Below, piece by piece: positions 1-12,925 of a stretch of DNA of 64,000 bases. The notes under the pieces were generated by a model that was given only the letters and a program-made list of their open reading frames with translations, did no database searches and was not told the DNA's origin. How positions within the stretch are numbered: the first letter of the stretch is position 1; each line of letters opens with the position of its first letter. This stretch comes from Phoronis australis (lineage: Eukaryota > Animalia > Phoronida): assembly GCA_002633005.1 (NCBI GenBank), contig NMRA01000013.1:1330618-1394617 (forward strand). Reading direction: 5' to 3'. The translations under genes and the position numbers were made by a program.

Positions 1-844
1 TTGATGGCACTAAACTTTGCTTGTAACCCATTAACAGAAATAAACCTCTGGTCAAAGAACTCTTACCACGAAGAGACCATCCCAAACTGGATAACTTCTA
101 CCATTGTGCCGAAAGCGTCTAGTTCATTTATAAGTCAGGAATAACAAATCTTAATAACAATCATAATACTTATAATATTAGAAAGTTTGACTACACACAG
201 TCCACTGGTCTACTTTGTGATAACTGATGAATCATCATGATCATGTGTCCATCCACTGGCTTATGATAAATGCCATGAGTTCTAAAAGTAGATTTTGTAC
301 TCTACTCTCAGCTACGATTAGAGAAGATTGTAACACATGGCTTCATAAGCAGCGTCGAGTATTTAATTCCAGGTTTACAATTTCAAACCAATGAATCAAG
401 GATGATTGACATTATTTCCAATCACTATTTGTCAAGTATTTATGTAAGAGAGGAACTTTTGCAGCTATACTGCATTGGGAAAGATCTTTCACAGCCGATC
501 GCAGAAGCTAGCAATTGGCGAGTCCGTTAAACAGTGGCGAGACACGAAACATCCCATGACCTATCGAAAAATGTTTCCAGTGCAGTTGATAGATGTTTAA
601 GTTTTTTTATATAACATTTTAAAGTGAGAGAATTTGAGAAACGTAGACTTCAGACCACAGGTAATCTCATGAGCCACATGACACGTTATAACGTCAAGTC
701 GAGCAGCTGATTAGCGTGCCTTTGTTCAGACTGAATGAAGGTCACAAAGTGACATTAAAAAATTATAGCTCCACTCGCTGCTGTAGAGAATCTTCAGTGA
801 GTGCAGCAATGTAAAGGCTTCTTAATCACTCGCTTATAGGCAGT

Positions 845-1160
845 TGCTCTTAGGACGACTGATAAAGATGCCTGGCTTTGAAGTGAGAGGTCTCAGGCTC
901 AAGGCCTGGTGACTACAAGGTGACTTTACACTATGCTAGCACCCAACAACAGCATGTATTCATGACCGCAGAGAGGACCACACAGTCTGCTGTGTTTGAA
1001 GGGAAGCTCACATATGGAAGGGTGGTCAAACCTGATAGTGGAATTACAGGCAGCTTGACCTCTCCCAGTGGTGACTTTCTGTTGTGTCGTGCTACAAAGA
1101 CTCTCTAAATGGCTTGCCAAGGGGCAACTGATGTAGTGGTTCTCGAAAAAAATAAATAAC
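845..1160 (+). mobile_element. Possible degenerate SINE
   Basis: Weak tRNA-like head (GAGGTCTCAGGCTCAAGGCC), a GC-richer ~300-bp body and an AAAAAAATAAATAA tail. Confidence 0.3.
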
Positions 1161-2956
1161 TATTTTTAGTATAAACAGAGTATATTTGACGCTGCAGTAA
1201 CAATTTTGTATGGTCAGGTGAACTGGGGTCATCTCCTCCGCTGACCTCTGTACCACAGTTCAACACAGTTCAACAACACTGGCACAAAGTCATGTTTCTT
1301 CTTTAGTTCATTTTTATTAGTTTCTTCATTTTAGAAAGCTGATATCTCACAGGCACTGCCAGAAATGCTTTTTAAATACTTGATTATTGATCTCATTGTA
1401 GCTTTTTGACACAATGTGGAGCACATCGCAAATCGAAAAAAAATGCCGCGTCGTCAATGTCGTAATAAAAGATAAGAAAATCAAATATTTGCTGCAATTA
1501 TTATTAGGCGTAACAAATCATGCAATTCTGCTAATTTACTTTGAATATTTTGTGTTTTTTTCACAGATGTTTTACAGACACCACAGCCAGGCGCCAAATC
1601 AATGAATTTCCTTTAAATTACTACATTGACTGACTGAAGCCTCAACATCCACTGCTTAGAAATTCACCTTGTCCCCACCAAATTTTTGATTGTCCTGGAA
1701 AAAATCGGACAGTCGCTAATGTCGAACTCTAAAACACTGAACAAAAATCAGGCCAGCATTATACAGCGCCAAATGTTGGTTATAAAAATGCATAATCCAC
1801 GACAGCACATGTGGTACTGGTTCGAGATTATCTAAACACATGTTACTGGATAGATCTCGATGAAACCATTATAACGATCAAGTAGATAAACACATACGTT
1901 TAATGTGCTACCGTGGTGCATTCGAACTTCACTGTCTCGCATCTAAAATACTGACATTGGTTGTTTTAATAGAGACAAATGCTCAAAATTTGTAAAATTT
2001 AATTGGCTCATGCAATCAATGTAATTTCGGAGATAAAATATTCTGGTCTGACATACCAGTATTTACCAGAAAAAGGAAACTGTGACTGTATACAAAACAG
2101 TTTGGATGCTTGTTGACAACAATGTGTTCAAATACTGGCCATGTGGAATTGTCTACAATGGTGTCAAACTAAGACAAGACCCAAGAGAAGCTGAGGATTG
2201 CAAGTGGTGAATGCAAAAGGGACTTGCCTGGTTGTGGTGGCACATTAGTGGCAAAAATTTGGATTAAAAAGAAACTATATCACTGACCCTAGTAATGACT
2301 TATTTCAACATAAAGATTTTCTAAAATGCAGGAAACTAACTCTCAACTGAAAAAATCCTGAGAGAGTTACAGGCATCTTCAGCTTCTGACCGTCCCCAGT
2401 ACATTATATACTACAAGGTATGAAACTCCGCACTAGAAATTTAATGGGTGCTTCACTTCAGCCGTCCATAGCAAACACAAAACTTAATAAATTTACACAA
2501 AACAGGGGTTCAACAAACCATGAGGACTTGCTCTTTCTCCCACCACCATTTATGGTGTCCTGCTCCACCGAGTTTGCAACAAATTCGCGGTCAAAGGAAA
2601 AAAATCTCCCCAAAAAGTCATTGCGTACTGGCAATACGCCACACGGAAGTTGCCGGTTTGTCACGGAAGGTCACGACATCAATAACACCACACTTAGCCA
2701 AACCATTTCGTAACCTTCCGTGATCATGAACTGGCAAATGCCGTCCATTCGTAACTCATCGGATTATTCCGTACCCTACTTGACCTTGACCCAACTCGCG
2801 TGAAGCATATTGACAGTACGCGACGACTTTTTGGAAAGATTTTTGTGCTTTGATTGTGAATTTGTTGCGAACTCAGTGGAGCATGACAATCTAACTGGTA
2901 TTGGGAGAACAATTCCGCATGGTTTGTTGAACCCGTTTTGTGTAAATTTATAGTTT

Positions 2957-3923
2957 CATAGGCCGCAAAAAAAAAAATAAAACAGTAAGAGCGTAGGGAA
3001 ATGGTGAGTTTATTAATTAACCCCGGTAATTAAAACTATACGGATTAAAAATAGATTTAAATGTATGCAATTTTAGTGTTGGGGGTGGGGCTCAAATCCA
3101 ATTTCAAGTGTCAAATTCGGAACACGGCGCATTCATAACGGAACTATGGCTAAGTATAGGATCTCCCGCGATATCCTAGGCGACCGGCAGTGGCGCTGCG
3201 CACTACGACTCCGTTTCCGTCGTCTGCTCCACTGTGCAATGAAGAAAATTTACTTCATTTTTTAAAGAAAATGGAACCTGAGTGACCATGAAAAAACAGA
3301 AGCTGCTGGTAAGATGTGAATTTTAATTGAAGCCTTAGTGAATCACTCAGAAACAGAAACTCGCAATACTCTCTTTGTCAAACCTTATCTTAAGACAATT
3401 TCCAAAGCAATCCCGTCATTATTGCCAACACGAAAAATGGATTTGGTCTTTTGGGCATTTGAAGACTATTTCAAATACGACAAATGTGTTAAGAATCGAT
3501 GGCACAAAACGTGTAATAAGCATTACAAAAAGAAGTAGGTTTCGCGCGCAAACGCTGTGGCCCATAAACAAGTAGGTCTTTTAGTATGAGAGTAGTAGTT
3601 AAATCGTGGTGGCGTAGTGGTAATGTACGCATGCTCTATCCGTCAGGTCGTGAGTTCGAGTCTTTGCTACTTGCATTTTTTCCTGTTTGACACGTTCTCC
3701 GTTTTTTTTTTGCCTTTGTTTCTTGGATAATACTTCAGGAATCAAGGAAAATACTTGATTTTTAGAGGTAAAAACAGAAAAATTTCCTGGGCGGGAAAAC
3801 CCCCCTCCCGACCTCCCCCCATTCGGTGCTATGCGCATCTACAATCGTGGTTCAGTTTGCGCAAATGCTTCCAGCCGGACAAAATGTTGGGCCCCCCCTT
3901 ATGATATCCTAGATCCGCCACTG
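2957..3923. mobile_element. Nested insertion ending in CTAGATCCGCCACTG (DNA-transposon-type terminus)
   Basis: Splits the foldback arm, with GTTT on both sides. Its 3' end resembles the termini of the element at 14909-15142. The 5' terminus is degenerate, so it may be composite. Confidence 0.55.
3603..3682 (+). repeat. tRNA-derived Pol III-type sequence (SINE head or tRNA pseudogene)
   Basis: A box TGGCGTAGTGG (3610-3620), B box GAGTTCGAGTC (~3652-3662), then a T-run. Cloverleaf stems are poorly paired. Confidence 0.55.
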
Positions 3924-4444
3924 CGTTTTGTGTTTGCTAGGAACGGCTGAAGTGAAGCACCCGTGGCATTTCTAGTCCAGAGTGTTATACCTTGTAGCAT
4001 ATCTATAATGTGTTGGGGATGATCACAAGCTGACGATGCCTGTGGAGACAGTGTGCCTCAAACACCTACGGGCTTTGGTTATCAGAGCACAAGAGCGCTA
4101 CAGTCTAGTTTGGTTCTGTACTCTGTCAACTTTGAAAATTGGAGAACCCTGAGTTTTGCAGTGTCATGATGCCTGTCTAAATCATTTGCCAATGGGCAGT
4201 TGCCTAGTATTGGGAGATCAGTTTTGTACACTTGACTCTCATGGCCGCAGCCCATGCCCATGGCATGCTGAGTGAAAAGACATTTCCAACCAGGCAGAGT
4301 GGAATTTTCTACACCACAGACGGTCCACAGAACCAAGTGGCATAACCCTTCTCAGTGTGGATTATCTGCATCAAGTGCTGTGATATAAAGGCCTCTCTTA
4401 ATCATTAGCCTTTGGGTAATACTTTTGGTTTAATATTAATACGA

Positions 4445-4531
4445 ATGGCTTTGATGAAGCGACTGGTGAGACTGGAGTCGGAGAGGTTCCGTGTACCAAG
4501 CTCACAACTCAAGAACATTCTTACTTACTAC
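4445..4531 (+). CDS. Candidate upstream coding exon of IQSEC (MALMKRLVRLESERFRVPSSQLKNILTYY)
   Basis: 29 open codons from ATG to TAC|GTAAGC (phase 0). This matches the phase-0 acceptor ttttggttctcag|ATT CGA AAC ATG at 4900/4901, with TACTAA at 4855-4860 as a possible branch point. Confidence 0.4.
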
Positions 4532-4639
4532 GTAAGCTTAATAATAAATTTTGACTCACGAATACGCATGTGACAGTCACTGGATGGTAACTCAAAATTT
4601 CATAACTGTTTCAATGCAGTTTCTGTGCTCAATCAGAGT

Positions 4640-4730
4640 GAAAAGAGCGCTTTGTGGGGGAGTTTCTGAACGACAGCAACAAAATCACGTTACTTCCGGT
4701 TAGACGTTAAGCTGGAGATTATTCGCGTAC
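4640..4730 (+). promoter_or_regulatory. Putative promoter region upstream of the coiled-coil exon
   Basis: CpG-enriched patch with ETS-type motif ACTTCCGG at 4692-4699, ~210 bp before the ATG at 4910. Confidence 0.35.
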
Positions 4731-4909
4731 TTCAAAAAACCCAATTAAACTAAAATTATACTAAACCAGCTTCACATCATTTAAAATTGAATATGAAAAA
4801 ACAGGTCGATTCATAAGCCTAACAATAGCTAATTTATTTGTTTGTTGCACTCAATACTAAGCCAATTTTGCAACGTCATGCCGAATGTTTTGGTTCTCAG
4901 ATTCGAAAC

Positions 4910-5079
4910 ATGGAGGAGCAGGAGCGAATTGATCACCTTTTAGGTGTAATTTCTGAAAAGGATTCCATTCTAGAATTGCAAAAAAATCGCATACTTGCAC
5001 TGGAAGAAGAAAATGCCTCTCTAAAAGCTGAGCTGGAACAACTGAGGGCGAACGTGCCGATGAAAAATGCTGTCACTCC
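4910..5079 (+). CDS. IQSEC: IQSEC/BRAG Arf-GEF, N-terminal coiled-coil exon (MEEQERIDHLLGVISEKDSILELQKNRILALEEENASLKAELEQLRANVPMKNAVT-P)
   Basis: ATG in strong context (aaacATGG). The heptad pattern resembles the N-terminal coiled coil of vertebrate IQSEC2/3 (..II..LLETQRRRIEELE.., recalled, not aligned). It ends CC|GTGAGT, a consensus phase-2 donor, and CC+A of the exon at 58892 restores Pro in frame. A possible acceptor (ttctcag|) at 4900 may extend the exon to 4901. Confidence 0.8.
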
Positions 5080-5242
5080 GTGAGTAGTACTATTTCAGTT
5101 TGGACAAAACCTTGTTTTAACTGTGTCATGTTCAGGTTCACTGTACCTGCGTGAAGGTGTGTGTTGACTTGATGTTGCTTGTCTACAAGACGGGTGACTT
5201 AGTTTGATTTGTTGAGTGATTGGCGTGCATCTGAATGTATTT

Positions 5243-5410
5243 TTCGTCTATTTGCCCATGACAGAGCTTGTTGTGTCTCAGAAATTGGGATTTAAGTGAA
5301 ATAAAAACTGTTCATTGTTAAAAAATTCGTCTATTTGCCCATGACAGAGCTTGTTGTGTCTCTCAGAAATTGGTATTTAAATGAAATAAAAACTGTTCAT
5401 TGTTAAAAAA
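5243..5410 (+). repeat. Tandem duplication, 2 x ~83 bp
   Basis: ttcgtctatttgcccatgacagagcttgttgtgtc...ttcattgttaaaaaa starts at both 5243 and 5326. Confidence 0.95.
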
Positions 5411-8400
5411 AAACAAAAACACTTGTATATTTGTGCATTTAAATTTTGTCGGAATTGGGCACTGGCCGATCATATACCAGTTCCTAATTTAGGGAACCAG
5501 TTTCATATCCTAAAAGTAATGGGCCCATTGTTCAGTTTTGAAAAGAGATTGTGATTGAGTTCGAACAATCTAATTAAGACATCGAAAGCTTCCAAAAGTA
5601 TTCCTCTACGCACGAAGGGTATGTAAACATGATGTAATGTGACTTTGATGGTTTAGCTAGTGTGAAGAATAAGTTAAAGAAAAGCTCATGTGCTCGTGTT
5701 TCCAGGAGAGAGCGAAATACATCATAGCCAGGGTAGCAACCTAGATCCAACACGATACTCTTTCATAGTGAGAGCACAAAAGTACCTTTGGCTATGGTCC
5801 CTTTTTGTGGTCCCTGAGGACTGAGAACAATACATTCGCTGAATAATGCCTGTTCCTTACAGAACATTTGTCCAAGAAGAACTGGCATTTGTTATCTAGC
5901 GATGCTCTGTGGTTCATGTTTATTGTGAAATGCCCAAACATCTCAGTGCGTGCGTGTTCCTCGTGCATGCAACCATTGTAGATCCACCCAGTTCTAGTAG
6001 TCAGAAAAACAAGCCTAGATGTTTTCCTGGTGGAGTTTTTGCGTTACCTTGCTACTAGTAGTTCCTGTCATGTTTTTGAAGGTTGCACATTGTCCAATCC
6101 TGAGGGACCTTGGGCGCTTGAGTTTTTCAACATCATTTTGATTCTACTAGTGACGTAGCTGATGAATTTTATAATGCATTATCCTGCATTGGAAAACTCT
6201 ATTGTTTTTCTTGGACACAACTATGCATCAGGCTTTGTTGAAAAAAAAACAAGTCCAGGTTAATAACAATGTATTTTCCCTGGGAAAATTGACTTTTCAG
6301 ATGAGAAACACTGTTTTTTCATTTGGTAATAAAATGAGATCTAATGACAACCATCAAAAAATTTTGATTCTAAGTTTTGTGTTTTTGTGTTGTAGGATTG
6401 TCACATTTCCGTTTGAAGTCACCTACATAGAACGTCCCTAATCACTTGAGAAGGAAAGACACAGATAAGCTGTGTCATAATTGCACCTATATTTAATCCT
6501 AATTGGATTTCTATTGATTTTTTAGTCCAATGTCACAATTTTATTAACGTGTGTTCAGTCATTACAAGAAAAAAATATGTAGCGGCTGTCAACATTAATC
6601 ACCCTATAAAGTCTAGCCGTCCTTTTTTGTCAACACATTTTATTGTACTGGGAGGTTAAAACACTTTATTTTCCACAAGGCTCTCTTTTCTACGCTTTAT
6701 ATTTGAAAGGGGTTGACATAATAATTTTCCTTGGACAAATACCGTCTCTGTCTTTTTTGTTAGTTATTATTATTTCATCCATTTAGCCACAGTGAATGTC
6801 AGGGTACTACTTTATAAATATATGAAGACTAGACAATAACCGCCATGTTTGTTCTGAAGTTCACTAAGAGCAACTTTATATAGAGCGAACATGAGCGAAC
6901 ATGTACAATCTGATGGCAAAATCTCACCCATTTTGAACAGAAACTCAAAAGTTTGTTTTTCTCATTTGTCATAGGAAATACATTGCACCAAATTAATTGC
7001 TTATTCTGTCTTAAAGATATATAACATAACCATCAATAGGCTGTGTTTTGCATTCGCAGCATTGTGGAAGCTTTTGGGAAATTCAAAATGGCAAAATTCA
7101 TGGAGGTAGCCAGTCTAGTTTGTAAGTTCACATGACAGCTGTTTGAAAGACTATGTGTCCCGCTTAATCGTATGGGAGATTATTTGTTCTTTAGATGCTT
7201 ATCAGGGCATTTGTATTGTTTTTCTCCAGTTCATTGTATTTTTCTTGGTTTAACGTCTCCACACTGTGAACATGTACCATGCGCGCACCCAGCACTCCTA
7301 GTGTGCGCGCATGTGTACCTTCTAAGGCGAATTTCCCTGATCCCATGGAATTTCAGTTTCCTGTTTGGGAGAAAAATGAGGACACATGTTTCTAGAGACA
7401 CATTTAGAAGTGCTTCATTTCTTTGGTTTTGTAGTTCCCATGTCTTTGACATAATTTGTTGCCTTCAAGTTGCCTATTCTGAGGGCAAAATCCTGTGCCA
7501 CTGTTGACAAGCTAATAAATACTGGTCAGTCTTTTTAATGAGACAGCTGAGGGGGGCAACTAATGTGACTTGTACCAGCAACTCTTGTGTCCAGACAAAC
7601 ACACCCTTATAAAACCTAGTTGACACCAGGGATTAAAAAACTAATCCCTTTTTGTACTCTTGGCTATGGTGGCCCGAGAAGGGCATCCTTAAAATGACGA
7701 ATTTCTGGGGTCTGGAGAAACTTACGTCAGAAGTTTTCTTGTGAACTAATGCTTCCTAATTGAATTTGTCTGAGTGGCTTGGAAAATGGAAATATGTTTA
7801 GATTTAATAAATCTAATGTAAAGTGTGGTATTAAGCTTGAACAGATTGTGCTTCCTAGTGTTAGTCACATGTTTGTTCAAATAAAGAAACAGTTCCTTAT
7901 TGTTCACCTTCTAAAACGCTCATCACATGCCGTGCTGCAGTGACTCATCTGATGGCTGTCATGACCGTCACTGAGCCACACAAAATGTTTCAATTTTTGC
8001 AGGATGGGCAGCGATATACATCCCAGAAAATATTATTCAAGGCATCGCACGTAAAAAATGCCAACCTTCATTTTTACAGTAGTATCCGTCTCTTTACAAA
8101 ATTGAACTTTTAGTGTGCATTACCATGTCAGTGTCATGTCGTTTTGTTTATTATTATTTTTCTTCTGCTATTATTACATGTGTAAAATATGTCTGTTCTG
8201 TTATCAATAAGAATGATTGAAATATGGATCCATTCAGTTTCATAAGTCATTAACATTTCTTCTTTTTATTGCGATTTTTCAGTTAACTTAAGTGTTGAGA
8301 TGTTTTCTTTTGATATCTTATGCCAGTATCTGTTTTCAAAAGACCTTGAATTGAATTTTTCCTGAAACAAAGTCTTGACACCCTACAGAATGCCAAGGTC

Positions 8401-11400
8401 AAAAGTCAACCCAAGTCTGCCAGCTAAGGTTATGTGGGACCTTACCAACAACTCTGGTGTATTTAGCAAAATATAGAGAAAACTTTAATTTTTAACTCAA
8501 ATAAAAGTTTATTTTTTCTGGAAGTAACAAGCATGTAGAATTAGATTTTTTACTTTTTACTAGTTTACCAGTCCGTCATTCCCTAGGTCATATGACCATG
8601 AATTTTTAGTAAAATTTAAGAAAAAATGGAACATTGACAGCAAAACAATGGTATCAATACACGACTAAATTTCATGTTGAACACGAAATCTCAGAAATGA
8701 GGAACATTACAGTTTTCTGAAGTCTCGTTTCGTTTTCAGTTTGTGCAACGTTTGAGCTTTTTCAAGAAAATCATGAAAGTCCCAAATTGGACAGATTTTA
8801 CAGTATTCGGATTTTTCAGTGGTTGGCGAGTTCCGTAATAACTGCCTTGGTGTGACAGGGAATTTATTGAATGCTTACTTTTTGTAAGTTCTTGGAATTA
8901 AATCAGTGTGTCATTTTTTCAGTCATTCTACCCTGGACAGGAGATGTGTAGCTCTTAATTGTTGCTTTGTTAGGTTGAGTTAAATGTCACATGTCTGTTG
9001 AAGATTGATTGACCAGAGTTTTAGAAGGTTTTTCACGATAATCAAGATGGGAATTTTACCTCTTGTAAAGGTGTGTTTATAGTTTTACTAGAACAACTGC
9101 TGCGAATTTTTAGACACAATATAACAAAAATTATTCCAAATTGTCATTTCTTTTATTTTTTCTGAAACGTTGACCGCCAATTTGTGCATCAATGTGTATT
9201 TTTTGTTTAGTTCTTTGTGAGCACTTGCTATAGAAATTTCCAAGTTTTGGCAGCATACTGTATTTATTTGTTTTTGCATTCTGCATTGGTGTATTCCTCT
9301 GCATGCTCACCTTAGCACAAAGAGGCAGATGTGTACAGTACTGGCCAGCTGGTCAAAGAAAACCTGACACTCTAACTTCTAACTGGTATGACATTAAGTT
9401 AACTTCTGCCGTGCCAGTTTTAATGTCACTCAGATAGATTGTTAAACTGAGAGTTTCCCTTAAAAACCACACAACAGCAGTATTTGTCATTCCATTGATT
9501 TTCCAGCCTGTGTCAAACCTTCGCGTGTAAACGATGACAGCAGCGTGTTGTGAAAATGCGCAAACAAAACGCAGTTTATTCAACCAGCCGTGTAAGAATG
9601 GCCTTTATTACTGTACTGTTTTCATATGAATCATAGATGAGTAATTATCAAATATACCTCGTTAACGTAACTGGTCGATTTCTGTATTGTTCATTCACAG
9701 TGCTCTCGGTCTGTACGCTTAAGGGTTATTTGTATTGTGCTGTTGACTTAAAAGCTCATACTTTGAAATACATTTTTGCACTTATCAGTCATTTGCTAAT
9801 TTTGCTCTGGCTTAATTTGTATTTTTCATAGAAATTAATTTTGTTCGAGATAATTCTCTGGTTATTTTTGGATGCATGAAGATAATTAAAAATAATGTCA
9901 TTGTTGTGTCGAATCATTTTTGCCCAGAACAAACAATGTAAGTCATCATTTACGACCGAAAAGCGTGTTTGGAGAGATGTTATTTTAAGGAATTTATAGG
10001 TGTATTGATAGCAAGGTTCTTTAAAAAATGACGTTTTGTTTACAAAATCTGTAATTATGTGCACAAGTCTTGACCAACACTATTGGCTGTGGCCTAATAT
10101 TCACCAACATGCTAATTTTTCCCAAATTGGTTTTCGCACTTTTTATCAATACTATAGACCTTGTAATGAATTGATGAATGCTAAATTGTTTGCGAGTAAA
10201 GGTTATAATGGGTGGAGAAAAATGGAAATGAATCCCACGCCAAGTCAACCTGGCTATTAACAGAAATTTTCATTGTATACAGACTGTAATTGATCAGTTG
10301 AATATTTTGCACAAAGTGCTTTGTTTAGCGTTGATGACTTTTCAACACATCGCACTATCGTTATTTCTTTCATTTGTCCGTAAAGAGCAAGTCTCTCAAG
10401 GCGGATGCCAGACTTGCGGTGTAGTACCCTGGGAAACACCACAAGTGCTGTGAAATGGAGATTTTATGCTGGTGTTACATTTGCAATGCTGTACTCTTGT
10501 CATTGGAGCGTACTGTGTCATATTGGTGCTTTAGCAATTACACTCTATGGATATACCTAGATCATTCTGAGGCGTTTGATGGATGTTTAAGTTTGATGGT
10601 AAAAACTTCCATCATTGTGAGCATTGAGAAATGAGTTATTAGCTTGGAAATGGGTCGTATTCGTTATCACGAAACAAATTAATTTTGCAAATATCTAGTT
10701 GTTACAAAATCTGTGTGAAAAATACTCAAAATAGTGAAAAACATATGGTTTTGCTAGGAAAAATATCTTTGTGTTTTATCAAAGTGATAAAAATGTCACG
10801 TTTTCAATCCCTGAATGTAATGTGGACAGCTGTCCTAAATGTTAAGAATTTTTCATTCAGAGATGGGACTGATTGCATGTTCCCAGACTCCTGGAGTCTG
10901 CCCCTTTATTCATTGCTAATGTACACAGATGTGGTTCCAGTGTATAAAGTTATAAGCCATACCTAATAGAGTGGTTTGTTTACAAAACAGTCTTGCAGCT
11001 CATGAATCAAAGCTTTTACTATTGACATCAACATAAATTGTTGGCTCCACAGAGGCCTTTTCTTAGAGTCCCTTGTTCTTGTGGTGTATATTTGCAAAGG
11101 CTTTTTAGAAGTCTGCAAGCAGTCCAGATGACTATCAGGAATTGTATGGGGGTACAGCCAGTGCACTGGGAATGAATTTCAGCTATTTTTATGCGGGATT
11201 TAATTTGTGCACTCTACAGTCTAGGTTTATTCAATAGTTGCAGCAGATAAGAATGGTGAATCAGAAAGTGCGCAACTCAATGAACTGGATGTTGTTTTAT
11301 GAGACAAGTCTCTGCCAGGGTTGCTTCAATTTGAATCTTGTTGGTTGGTTTGTAAATTGATTTGTTATGGTAATATCTTTCCAGTTTGAGAGAAAAATAA

Positions 11401-12729
11401 TTACCTACATTGATTCTTTTTAAATGTTTTTATCACTGATATGCAAACTCTCCATTTGTCAAAACATACATGGCATTGGAAATAAAAGTGATAAATCATT
11501 TATTTTGTGCTACTAATCTTTTATCAGAAACTGCAAAAATAAAATTTAACTTTCGCATCTCCTGCATTAGTTTTTTGGTGGGATTTTATTGTAATTGTTG
11601 CCATTGACAACGGCACCAAAGTGCTTTTTTAATTCAGAAAAGGCCAATGGCCTGTATTACAATCCAAGAACTGACAGTCACAAACATATTTCTCAATTTC
11701 CATCACCTTCGTGAAACTGTTAGAAAAATGAAATGTCTTTTTTGTCAGTGCTTATTCACAAACCATTTGCATTCCCAAATGACATCAGATACTAAACTGT
11801 TCCAGATTGGTGTTTTTTTATATATAATGTGGCTATGAACACATGGTCCATCCAAGAAGCGAACTTGTGATTCAGGAACTCGGTTTTTCCTTGCCTGGAT
11901 TACAAGTGATTTTGGGGTTTGCACAAAACGTTATTCCTTGAGATAATACTTAGAGAGGATAGAACGACACGCCGCGACAAGCCAACTTGTAGAGCCAAGT
12001 CTCAAACAGTAACACATTGTCAGTTCTGAAGTCCTGAAATCGCCTCCAATTTGACAAGGGAGACCAATTTCATAACAGTAAATGGTCTCCATCAAAAGTT
12101 GATTTTTGTGATGGAAGGTTGGTTTAAAGAGCTACTTAAACAATGAAATTCAGGAAGGAAGTTTATTAAGAGCTTACAACTAAGTGGTTTAAATACTGCT
12201 GTCACAACCCACTTAATGCATTCTTGCACAGGCTCTTAATTCACTGAATAGAAAGACAGTGAACCTTTGAAACCTCACTTGGACGAAAATACAAATATAT
12301 CAACACCTATAACTCCCAGATACAATGTGCCTGGCTTGTTTCGCATAAACACAAATGTTTGCTATACTCTGCACGGCCATTCATAAAGTTGATTCTAGTT
12401 TCTGCGTCTCTTTCCTCTCGTATTGTCCCAGATGGATAATAGTTATTTCAGTAAACTTGTGAAGTTGTATCGACCCCGCAATGAATTTATTAGTCAGTTG
12501 ACATTAGGCAGAGACTTTTCTACTCGCGTACATTTAGTCAGACTTGTAACATGCTGATTGCTAATTTGAAGTTGTTAGATGGACCCCCCCCCCGGTATTT
12601 TTTGCTGTCTAATAGTTAATTATCAACGTTTGTGACTTTTCTGTAGGTTAATTTGACAGCAATAGTCACTTACCGATGTGGCTTTTGAGCAATGGAGCAG
12701 AGATTTTATGACAATGCAGATTTTCTTAA

Positions 12730-12925
12730 CATATATACCTTTATGGGGGATAACCTGGTCAATGCTGAGAGCTGCTGTCCATGAGGGCCCTCAACATATT
12801 TGCTCCACATCCCCCTTTCTTACTCTAGAGGTTTAGACCCAGCACAACAAGCCTGAGAAAGTTCATGAGCATTGCTCATAGTGTGCGAGCAAACGCGGTG
12901 GGATTCGAATTTCAACCTCAGTGTG
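12730..12925 (-). mobile_element. Possible SINE fragment on the minus strand
   Basis: GGGATTCGAA at ~12900-12909 is a reverse B-box-like motif preceded by a GC-richer body. Confidence 0.3.

Larger units (their letters stand above)
2401..4011. mobile_element. Foldback/palindromic non-autonomous element with a ~970-bp nested insertion
   Basis: 2401-2483 is the imperfect reverse complement of 3925-4011, and ~2486-2655 pairs with ~2790-2952. The right arm is interrupted by ~2957-3923. Confidence 0.8.

Noticed and set aside
3603-3682. Functional tRNA gene
   Set aside because: A/B boxes are present, but acceptor and anticodon stems do not pair convincingly.
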